NCBI RefSeq assembly: GCF_000150275.1
Contig: NW_002060943.1
Location: 4,980,008 to 5,044,007, forward strand
Source of the DNA: Trichoplax adhaerens
Taxonomy: Eukaryota; Animalia; Placozoa
DNA: 64,000 nt
Reading direction: 5' to 3'
The notes below the pieces were generated by a model. It was not told the DNA's origin and ran no database searches. It saw nothing but the letters and a program-made list of their open reading frames with translations. Numbering within the stretch: position 1 is the stretch's first letter; every line of letters starts with the position of its first letter. The position numbers were made by a program, and so were the translations under genes. Positions 1 to 11,613 of the stretch are shown piece after piece.

Positions 1-2581
1 TTATATAATTATTTATTTACGAAATAGGTCGTAATATTCTCACGACGAAAGATTGGTGTTCTATGGCTAATGAAGCATCGTTTATAAAATGAAAGGAATC
101 ATGGCAATACAAGATTGTTACACTTTGTTGTCTATCGTAACAATAATTTAATAGTCCAGTAGGGCTTGAGTACTGAACAATCACGAGTCCAATATAGCTT
201 AAGTACCGAACTAACTTTATTATGCGTTAGGAGCCGTTATGTATAAGAGACAATTACCAGTAATGTGCAATAACGGACATACCATGAATGTTAACGACAA
301 TCTTATCTTATTCATAATAAGATAACAACTTATTTTCTTAGATATGCTATCTAGGACTTAATCGTCATCATTACAGAACAACTGCAGAAATATACTGAAT
401 AAACAGGCTTATTCAATATGATAGATCTTATCGATACTATGTCTACAACGACTGTATTATTTCGTAACAAAGATGCAGCGCAATAGAAAAGTTTCTTAGC
501 TTAAAAATTATCCAGTAACAAAACACCAATCAAAACTTTCAGTTCCGTTCTCAGCGTTTAAATATTGATCGCACATTTATGTATTATTAATCGCTGCATT
601 AAATTTTCTTTCATAGTTATCAAGATAAAATGCAATTAATGGCATGATAGTATCCAGCAAGGCGATTTACTACGATAAAAGCAAATAACAGAAAAGACTA
701 AGAATATAAGCAGGTAGGTAACTTATACAAGCTAATAACAGCCAACACTTCATCCTATCTCGATAGGTTCTACTCTTTAACTAAATCACACTGGATTGCA
801 CCGTATCAAATATCAGCAGCGGCATCTCATCCATTAAGTACATTTTTCATCTCCTACAAAGTAGATAAAATAATTTCTGAGCTTTAAATCACATTTAGTG
901 ATATAATACACTCCCAATTTCAGAACCATCCTAACTCAAACATCGAAAAACTGTAATTAAAATACTTTTCTGCCTTATAGTATCATAGCAACATCCCATA
1001 TACTATATGTTATATCTGCAATTACCATCATTTGTAATATAAAATAATTGTTAATTCACACTGCAATCAAACTTAAACTACCTCCAAGAAACATAGCAAT
1101 TTCTCTTATTTAAATTAATCATTAACTTCTTGCTATTCTGAAAAAAATTAATGTAATACACAAGCTAGCACCTCCTCGATACCATTACGTTCCCGAATTT
1201 ATTACGATCATTTAAAATTTAAATCCAGATAATCGTATATTTGATCTCCCAACTAATAAAACGACATATCATGAAGACAGCAATTTTTGTACATATATAA
1301 TAGCAGATAGTATTTAAACGTACCCTTGATGTCTACCGTAATCATTGTAAGGAGTTGATAGCTGCTGAATAGACAGGTTTTTTTGATAAAAGCACTGTAG
1401 AATATTAAGTAATATCCCATAATTTAACGTGTCATTGGATTATATTATGGCTTATATGAGTGAATAGGTTGACGGAAAAGACAAACAGAATTTAAATATA
1501 ATATCAATAAGAAACTGCAACTACATGCTGGATACTCATTGATGCAGAACAACTCGACTAATAATGCAACTTTTATCGTTTAATGCCCCTTTCATCCAGG
1601 AAGACGATCGATAAAAACAAAGTAAAGTGTTTTGAGTTTCATAATATTTACTATTGTAAAACCCATCAGGATCTTGGCTTACTTTTTGCTCCTCATCCAT
1701 AAATGAATAGTTACTATTAATAATTTATACACCAAAATATTACTGAACTTATATCCTTAATAGAAAACGAATCAATATCTATAAGAAACTGCGTTCATAA
1801 TATTAATCGTATAAACACATTTAGTGCGAATATTTTTCTTAAGTATTCCAATTATTTTGCTTAAAATCTCCCATGTTGTCAGTTAAGCAATTCAGTAAAG
1901 TTTTTGAAACTATATTTGTTAATGATAAACTCAAAATTAAAGAAACGTTATGTAATAGCTTCCACTATTACGCTAGGTCCTAAGTTTATGTCTTACGTAG
2001 AATGAGTCTAAGTTACAGCATGTACTCCAGTTGATCGTATCATCACGTGCCCGTTAATTTATTAGACTTAGGTAATCTTAGTATTATCGTTAATACGACT
2101 TAACGTCACTTTTCTACACGTGGCTAATCAATAGCAGCCGATAGTTATTGTTGCAACCACTTTTTGTAATATAGAAGCTGCTTCTAACAGCAGTTGAGTA
2201 TAGACACCAATCTTCGCTAAGATTAAGACTAGAACTCTCTTTATTTTAAAAGTAACTCGCTTTTATGCCTTCTATCTATTTACGAGCAAATATATATTCT
2301 TATATCTAATTTAGTATAACTTTAAGCTCTACTTTAAGATACGTTAAAATATGCACACAACATGAGATAAACCACTATCAGAATACGATCTGACCTTCGA
2401 GCTCTCTTATAAATTAGGTACCTAACTAATTACTAACAATCTATATGCCTGATTTCGCAAATTGCAGTTAACATATATAACATAACTCATCGCGATGCGA
2501 GTAGCGTGCCATTCACTTTTACTAAAATTCCAGCCAGAGGATCGAAATTTAGAATTAGAGACGATATAATGCATCTACATT

Positions 2582-2910
2582 AGATAGAGAAGACCTGGAC
2601 CCCCGCGAAAAATAATAACAAAAAGATAATAAAAGGAAATAAAAAATGAAACACTAAAAATCGGATATATACGCCGCTCGAGCGCAAAGAAATATATATA
2701 TCGTNNNNNNNNNNNNNNNNNNNNNNNNNNNNNNNNNNNNNNNNNNNNNNNNNNGCATAAATCTATATAGAAAATTTCAGAGTCGAAACGATATATATAT
2801 TTCTTTGCGCTCGCGCGGCGTATATATCCGATTTTTAGTGTTTCATTTTTTATTTCCTTTTATTATCTTTTTGTTATTATTTTTCGCGGGGGTCCAGGTC
2901 TTCTCTATCT
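2582..2910. mobile_element. TIR transposon insertion with 6-bp TSD, Polinton/Maverick-like termini; interior not assembled
   Basis: 2582-2704 is the reverse complement of 2788-2910 (123 bp, one mismatch). Termini are AGATAGAGAAGACC...GGTCTTCTCTATCT. TACATT is directly repeated at 2576-2581 and 2911-2916. A 50-N gap (2705-2754) lies between the arms. Superfamily assignment rests on termini and TSD length only. Confidence 0.8.
2705..2754. other. assembly gap (50 N)
   Basis: Run of 50 N; a fixed placeholder length, so the true size is unknown. Confidence 1.
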
Positions 2911-3758
2911 TACATTATCGTTACTATTATCGCATTTATATTCAAGTGAAAAAGTAAACTGACTAGCCAATAATGACAATCTCATATTACGTTAGTTGTG
3001 GTTCTTCATACGAGGTATCTATACTAAGGGTTGGTAGTCTGAATGTACTTCGAAAGCTTGTCCTTCTTAATAAACTGAAAACGTTTGCTAAACCCATACT
3101 AAGGCTTAGCATTCTTTTTCAATCGTGAAGTAATTCCTTTCGCTTTATGTTAGTTTCCTACTACCATAAGCTAGGTTAACGACCAATTAGATTTTGCACC
3201 AGTACCCTTTATGTAAAATTTGTCTCATACTGGACTGTGATGGGAGACACATGTCCTCTTCATTTGGATCTATCATCTATCAACCACAGTTTTTTTCCCC
3301 TTGCAATGATTTAGATGGGCAATTAAATCATAGTTGCTATCTCTGCAGCCTTTCTATCTACAAGATCCTGCGATAAATTAGGAGAAGAATTCAAAATTCA
3401 AAATCCGCATAATCTCTCTTCGATACGGTGTTGCCTTGTCATTAGGATAGTTTAATAAGTACAGTTGTAGCTAGTATGGAGAATTGTTACAGTGTTACAT
3501 ACTGTATTAGAGTAGAAATATCTATGTTAGGATAATTCTGTTAGACTATTCTTATTTAGTTAACTTCTAATTTGGATATACTGTGTTTTAATATAGCACT
3601 GACTTTTTATGATAATGACACTTATACACATACTGAAATTAATAGTTATAGTAGGGAATACAAATCATCTACTTACAGTTCGATTCATTGCGATTGTAAT
3701 TTACTTATGGTAGATTGTAAATTATCGTGGAAATGTTCCGTGATAGGACATATCGTAA

Positions 3759-4114
3759 TCTGACTATTCTGTATTAGTCATTACATATCTATGTTCGTAA
3801 ATACTGTTGTCTGCATTAAGGAAGCAGTAGCTAAAATTAATATCTAATTCAGAAAACGATTCCAATGTTAATTGTATTAACTATGCTCATGAAGTATTGA
3901 GGAATAGTATATAAATGCAGTATATCGTAAAATAAAGAGAATTCTCAAACTTAGTATTTAACGTAAAATACGAGGCGTTTAAGTCTTTGTGTAGTCTACT
4001 AGTAGAGCAAAAGTGTTTGTGATAGTGCAGATATCGTTCCTTGATACGTGGTTCAAGGAATTGACTTATTGATCGTATATTACGTTATCTTGTTGCAAAG
4101 CTGTTTTGTGACAA
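3759..4114 (+). repeat. dispersed ~355-bp repeat, copy A
   Basis: Reverse complement of 15715-16070 at roughly 90-95% identity by eye. Contains the hairpin TTCCTTGA-N8-TCAAGGAA (4037-4060) and the palindrome TCTACTAGTAGA. Confidence 0.92.
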
Positions 4115-7100
4115 GAATATTTATATTTGTAGTGCTAGGTAAGATAAGTAATGCCTTAACGTGAATAATGTTTGTGATAGTTCATTACGTATTTGATATT
4201 GAATGTTAATGTGTGATAGATAGCAGTAAGATGATTCAAGTTCTATTTGATGATAGTTGATTTAGACAACCTACGAGCTTAGATTAAGATTAAGTATGAG
4301 TAAGAGATTCAAAATATTTACAGATAGAAAAGCTATGTAAGGAACATCTCAGTTCGAGATGTTTCTTCTAGTAAGGTATAATAATAATACTGTTGTTGTT
4401 TACAAATTAGACGGTTCCTATAGAAATGGGAACATTTAAGTTGAGTGGTGTGGTAAAAAGTTGTAGATGTATCTTTGTTAATAAAAGTTTCATATTTACA
4501 GTATTTGCTGTGTGTTCAACGCTAAGTAAAAGGGCGTTTAAGTCAGTAGCTACTTATAGACTTTTACTGTACTTTACCTTGTGGCAGAAGTGAAATTGTG
4601 ACACTCTTCTATGGCATTCATATTGTATATTAATAAATTATCTACGCTTTCACATTTTTACACTAAGCTTACTAACCGACTCCATCTAAAAATTAGAACT
4701 TAGATACTAGTCTTTGTAACAAGCCATAGGGATATTTTACGTTAGTGCCTTATAGTAACTCGTCAATTTTCCAAATGTACGGTACTTAATCCCTTAGGAT
4801 ACTTATTTTAAAGTTCAAAGGTTACACTTTGCCTAAACATTGATGTTATTAGATACGTGATTATTCATGCGCAATATACTATGCATATATATAATTCATG
4901 TGTAATCTTATTCAAGATTAATTAATTATCTAAATAATTGATTGATGAATCCAAAAATAAACTGTTGAAAAAAGTATCCATTAACAAAACAATAACCCTT
5001 CAAGAACAACTTTCTTATCACGAAGCGAATTTACAATTCGAAATATGCACAGGCAGCAGTTATTAATGCGCCAGTAGCCCAATAATACTATCTGTTATTA
5101 TATTAACGTATGAATGGAGCAATTAAATCTTAGGTTGCCTTGATTAATTGACCGTATGTTAACATCACCTTGATTAAAAATAAAAATTAGAAAAAGATTA
5201 AGTCTTACTGTAGGTTTTGGTCGATATATTTAATGTGCGAGAAAATCGTTATTTTTAAAATATTAACTTACAATAAATCAAAAAAATGTACAAATTGATA
5301 TGTAAGCCTTCAATGCATCATATTAGTCATAAAATGATATCATACATCGAATTTTAGAGATAAACTAAGCCTTAATCGATTCAATCAGTCATCGAATTTG
5401 TGATCAAGTGAGTATCTAATAAGAGACAAATCTAATTTTTTTGCTAGAACTTACTTAAATCAATTTATCGGAAACTTTCTAAATTTTGCTTACAATTAAT
5501 CGTTGAGAAGACAAATCTTATCTTTAAATGCGTACAATATAACGAGTTTAACCCCTTTTCTATAAGTTTGCCATAGTATCTTAATTATAATTAATAGTTG
5601 AATTAAATTACAATATTACTACTAAACAGCGTACAATCGTTTTCATGATGGCAGGATAGGTTTTAACTTTGCAATTTCTAGTCGATAAACAAAACACATT
5701 GTATAGTGTGTATGTACAAGGTCATTTGCTCTAAAAAAATTAAACTTGTTGTTTGTGGCTTCTCCTACAAGTCTTAGTAAGAATTTTTAAAAGCAGGAAC
5801 AATACTTATTTTCGACGGTACACTTTGGACATAGTCTGGTTTACAAGTGCTCAATAATATAAGATCAAGTGTGATGATGAACATTTCCAGTTACTAGATC
5901 GTTTGTAAACAAATATCATCTGATATAAATTTTACTAATAAATGATTCAGACATTATCACTTCGAAATTTCTGATTACCGGTACTGTATCTTTTTTTGTG
6001 CTTTACATGAAATAAAGTATACGAAAAATCCTTGGTAACCTCATAATAACAAAATTAACTGACCTAGAAAAACATTTAACATCAATATGATCATATATAG
6101 GAGTCTTTGCCATGAAAATATTATTAGCTTAAGAATATTGCATGAGATTAACTTGACAACACTATTAAATATTTTTAAGGATGTTTACTACAATTTGACG
6201 CCTGTCATTAAATAGAAACTGACAACTGAGTAACAAGCAACATCCAATGTGATATATAAGTAAGGCAAATAAACATGTAACGATCAAGCTTAGCAATGTT
6301 TCAGTAACTGCGATACATTTGATCTCTACTTTATTCATCACTAAGAATAACATAGCTGAAGTAAATAAATTTATAGCAATTAAAAGGGTTAAATTGATTT
6401 TCCTTAAAAACTTCTGGCCACTTCTTATGTCATCGCTGGATATAATTATTAAAAGTGGCCAAATTTATAACTCATACTGAAATAACTTGTAGATGTATCG
6501 GTTAATTATTCTATATAAGGATAAATTAACAATACTCATAAGAAACATATCATATCCAGCACGGTAACTAAATTACAGTCAAAGCATAAAAATATTTACT
6601 AGATAATTAATTAATTGTTGATTTTGCTATAATATTGATCCGGTACCATAATTAAATGTTTATGCCATTCGAAGATAATTTAGTTTAATACCATTAAGCC
6701 ACTACTGTAAGAAAATTCCGTCAAATTTACTCATGGATCCATCTATTTAATTTATGGTACCTTGATATCGTCTAGTATCTGCGAAGTATCTTGTAAAATT
6801 ATATAGGCAATAAGACTTCTCAAAAGTATTTTTATAATTATTTAGAAACTATACTTGTTATTTTATTTCCTTATCGCTACTACGCATTCCAACAAGAACT
6901 TTCACGTCCATAATCTTTCTATAGCTTTATCTTGAAAATTCTCACGTAACTATATCTAACAAAGAAAAAAGGCTCTTTATGATAATGAGTAGAAATTTCA
7001 GATGATATATTAGTTATTTATCATTATTTACTCTGCCGATCATTATGTTGTCTTTGAAATTGTAGTACAATATGCTAAGCAAGCAATTCTTTAAATTATG

Positions 7101-7892
7101 ATGTACTGTAGTCATTCTAGTCAGCAGCTAGATCAAATCTTTGCATAAATTCAGAAAAAAATACGCAAAAATAGCAGACCTAGCTATATAATTATCAACA
7201 GTTAAGTAAAGCGCATAGACATAATGAATCCAGTAAGCTAAAGATAATAAAGTTTTGGGTCAATTTACGAGTTTGAAATAATATTTACTGCCGGTTTATT
7301 CGCTTCAAATTCCGATTTAGAATAATAATGTCAATAATTAAATTTTTATGTCTTTTCCAGAACACTATTGCAGTTATATTCGACCGCGTAAAGTAGTTAA
7401 CAATTATGTTAAAAACTAAAGTAGCTAAGTCAAATTATAAAGACAACCATTTCTTATCTCAATTTCAATTGCCTTTGATCCGTACAATACATATTAATAT
7501 TTTAACCTTATCAGTAGTTACTTCAAACAGCGCATCAATAATTATATAATTAGTATGAGTTACAATTATTTTCAATACAACTAATATGCAAGACATGCAT
7601 CTTTATTATGAGTAGAATACGTTAGTAATAAAAAATATAGCATAATATTATGACACGACCACCAAATAAATTTACAAATTTCATTTCACGTAATCAATTT
7701 CAAAAGCGAAAGTCATTAGTTCAGAGGCAAAAAGGACTTCATTTATCTGATAATATTTTTATGATAATTTTATATCGCAAATTGGTGCATTTCCTGTATT
7801 AATCAAATGATTATCGAATGTAAGAACAAGAAAGTATTGTTAAGAAATGGAATTTAAGAAGCAGCTAGGATTCATTTCCCAAAACACCCATT

Positions 7893-7942
7893 NNNNNNNN
7901 NNNNNNNNNNNNNNNNNNNNNNNNNNNNNNNNNNNNNNNNNN
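7893..7942. other. assembly gap (50 N)
   Basis: Run of 50 N. The flanks are near-identical (CAAAACACCCATT / CAAAACCCATT), which suggests overlapping contig ends. Confidence 1.
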
Positions 7943-10482
7943 CAAAACCCATTTTAGCTCTTGCTGTACAGCTAGCATGCTAATTTAATATTAGTAAATA
8001 ATTTAATCAACAATATTGATAAAAAAAAAGCATGACTTGAGAAGTAAATCCTCAAATGTAATGCCTATTTATAATTTAAAGAAACTTTAAAAGATACGAT
8101 TTTTAAACCATGCCACATTTGTTTACCGTGTATTAGGAAAAAGGAATCCTATATTTATTTAATATCTAATAATGAGAAAGACTCAACTTATAGAATATGT
8201 AACGTTATTTTCTTATTTACTGTATTAGATCAAAGTTTCATTGCAGATTACGAAATAGAAAAGAATAATTCTGTAATTGGTTCTCTCAGTTATATATATA
8301 TCAAATACGAATAAAGTTTACTATGGCTTATTCATAAGCCATTCCAAATGAACAATAATGTTGTCTTACCACTAAATTCCATTTAATTACTTTCATAGTA
8401 TAAGGTAATACTAATAGAAACACGTTTTTATTAAAATCTTGGACATTTTGTAAACATTAAAATCGGTAGCAATTCGAGATCTCTCAGCTTTGAAGTGCCT
8501 AAAGTCTAATAAGTTTTACAAATTAATAATGTATTCTATAGATGTGGACTGAAGCAAAATAGGTTGAAAATATGCATGTGCAGTTGATGGCATCTATTTC
8601 TGAACAACAAAACGATTCTCAACATAATCAATTACAGTACGCGTTATAAATCAACCTGATAATTCTGTAATATTTTAATTTCTGATATTAATTGACGAGT
8701 CAAAGGATCAAGTATTTATCATAAAATCAGCTCGAATAAATAGGAAACTAGCAAAACTAACAGAATATTAATATCAGTTGTTATCCTTCACGTACATTGA
8801 AATAAAATATAACTCATACATTATTTATGATTTATATTGTCCTTTTCCGTGAAAAAAAGATGATTCTTCGACAAAATTCAATTACACTGTTCGTAACACT
8901 ATTCTAATGACCACTATAATAGTCAATAAAGGTATAAATTAATGATAATGTATTCATATAGGCAGAGCTTTTAATTTGTAGCGATCTGTTCGTAGTACAA
9001 AGCGTGAAATTGTGCCATTCAAGCAGATTTGCATTCGGTTCTTAAGATTCCATTATTTCAAGTAAAATGCTTACCGTGCTGATTTCATCATCATTTTACT
9101 GTACAATATCATGTTACTAGGCCTTTAACAATACATCAGACAACGTATATAACATTGGTATCAAGCTAATGGATATTAAGTTTTTCTCCTAGCACCATTT
9201 ATAACAATTTAGATAATAATTAAATAATTTCTTTAGATAAAATGGGTACATTATATAATCCTACTTCGCTTAACAATATTATATCCGTAAAATATTTTAT
9301 TCCATTGTATACTTTCATTTATAGTTATAATATCATTCATTTAGATAGAATCAATACGTAGCCAACGCATTACGATTTTTACTTCAATATTACAAATATC
9401 TTATCACATTAGTTTGATAATCAATAACAAAGCTACTCCAATTATAATAGCATAAATAATTCGATCAGCATATTGAAGAATGCTCAAGATATTTGATTTC
9501 CTGTCATCTTTTCCATTCTATGGTGTAATTTGTATTTTAAAATTAATATAATTAAAAATTTTCCACTACCAATAGCAAACTAAGACTAAATTAACTGACG
9601 TCAAAATCTCCCACTACTAATATTAAATTACTAATAGTTCACAAAATATAAAAGACTCTTTTCGTTTACTGGCAGATGTTTATAAATGTTAGTCGGACCC
9701 ATAAACCACTGATACAACTGTAGAAAATTTTAATTCATTATCAGATATCTTAGCTATACGCGTCTATTTAGTGAGCGCATTAGTCTACGGCTGACTAATT
9801 AGTAATTAATTCATATTCGCAAAGGATAATTTAACAACACTGGATATCGGTATCTATCTTTCATTACCTAAAGCTAGAAAATTCTTAATTGTCAGTTTCA
9901 TTTACCTAAAATTCCAGTCTACGTTAAATTTTCAAACCATTTTGATGTTACAATTTTTAATTTTCTAACGAATAAATTACTGGGCCCTTCTACCCAAAAT
10001 TACTTCCAGGTCAGCAAATCAATATATTATTTGATCCAAAAGGAATCGGTATAATATAGTAATTATTTTTTTAAGGCGTTTTGAAATTATTTCATTTTAA
10101 AATAAAATAATATCTGACGATATTTGTAGATTTCTTGTCGGCTTCTCAATTAGCCTCGGCGTTGGTATATTCTCAGTTATTTTGTCTTAAAATTGTCTGC
10201 AGGTAAAGTAAATTTTTATCAACAATCATCTTTAAACTAAATTGAGTATTACTATGTCATCATTCTGTTGAAATAAATAATCTTGCTAGGATAACGAATT
10301 GTTAATTCTTTTTCTATGTCATTTTTTATGCTCTGTTACCGTTCTTTCACCAGGAGTATTCTTCATAGCACAAGTGATCTTTATATCAGTTTGATTTATA
10401 GTCGTCTCAGGATATTCTTACAAGACTAGCTAAGATAATTATCAATTTCGTCGAACTAATCTTCCAGTATATAGTGATCATC

Positions 10483-11613
10483 ATGTCTACCAACAACACA
10501 ACTACTGATTTACCATGGTATCGAGCTTATACTTTGCACAGCTATATCACTATGGGCATTATTGGAAGTTTATCCGTTATCACTAATTGTATTATGACCT
10601 TATTAATCGCCTATCACAAAAAACTAAGGACTAGAACTAATATCATCATACTTAGTATGTCATTATCCAATATTGGACTTGCCATATTATTTATCTATCC
10701 ACAATACGTTGTTCCATATTGGCCAGAACGATTAGGACCTTATTGCAATGTCCTTGAACAAATAGGTTCCTTATTTATTGCCAGTACAAGTTTTCATCAC
10801 TGTGCAGTATCTATCGACCGTGCATTCGCCATTAATTTTCCCATAAAATATGGCTTATATTCTAAACATCTTCATACGACAATTCTGTTGTGTTCCGTTT
10901 GGTTGTGCGCATTGCTTTTAGGATTTATGCCTATATTCATATTACGACGAATTACTGACAATGCTTGCATTAACCCGAAATATGTCAGTTTAATCGATCT
11001 ATACCTTTATTATAGAGTATTTTGGGGTATAGTCCTTTTCTGCCCGGTATTAATTACCATTGCATGCTATACTGACATTTTATATAACATCAATTCACCT
11101 ATCCGAAGACAAGTTTACTTCTGTAATTCAAGGATATCCAAGACTAAACTAATGCAAAATTTGAAGACAACATTACAGATGGCCATTATGATAGGTGCCT
11201 TCATTGTAACTTGGTCTCCCTTCATCATCATGCATTTTTACATTAGCTTTAATAAATCTCAAGATATAACGAGAGACTTATTGATACTTGAAATTTTACG
11301 ATTTGTTGCTTTTAGTTATATAATATTCTGCCCGATTCTACATGGTCACTACCTTAGAATGATACGAGAGACATGGTTAAGAGTAATTCGCTGTCGTCAG
11401 AATAAAATTGAAGGTGGTCATACCAGCAGCTTTGCACAAAGCCAAAGTGGTATAGTAACTTATAGTCTACGTTCAACTAGATCAGACGCTAGAATATATG
11501 CTGGTCTTAAGGCTAAATCTGACTCTCAAAAAGATCCAAAGTTCGGTTCCATCTCCAGCACAAACTTACTTAATAAATCAGATTCAAAACAAGAAGATAA
11601 GCCAGTAGATTAA
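10483..11613 (+). CDS. class A (rhodopsin-like) GPCR, orphan, 376 aa, single coding exon
   Basis: Seven hydrophobic segments; N-terminal N-glycosylation sequons (NNTT); ICL1 'KKLRTRTN'; C3.25; TM3 'SIDRA' followed by 'FPIKY'; TM4 W; TM5 'FCP...CY'; TM6 'FIVTWSPF'; TM7 'FCPILH'; Ser/Thr-rich C-tail. The first ATG is at 10483 (the ORF track starts at an upstream GTG). Confidence 0.93.
   Translation: MSTNNTTTDLPWYRAYTLHSYITMGIIGSLSVITNCIMTLLIAYHKKLRTRTNIIILSMSLSNIGLAILFIYPQYVVPYWPERLGPYCNVLEQIGSLFIASTSFHHCAVSIDRAFAINFPIKYGLYSKHLHTTILLCSVWLCALLLGFMPIFILRRITDNACINPKYVSLIDLYLYYRVFWGIVLFCPVLITIACYTDILYNINSPIRRQVYFCNSRISKTKLMQNLKTTLQMAIMIGAFIVTWSPFIIMHFYISFNKSQDITRDLLILEILRFVAFSYIIFCPILHGHYLRMIRETWLRVIRCRQNKIEGGHTSSFAQSQSGIVTYSLRSTRSDARIYAGLKAKSDSQKDPKFGSISSTNLLNKSDSKQEDKPVD

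Noticed and set aside
980-992. X-box-like GTATCATAGCAAC
   Set aside because: One base short in the left half-site and no identifiable gene start nearby within the window.
3194-3376. 60-aa ORF and a minus-strand exon-like stretch (DLVDRKAAEIA...)
   Set aside because: No ATG start; stops in all minus-strand frames; the faint resemblance to known proteins is not supportable.
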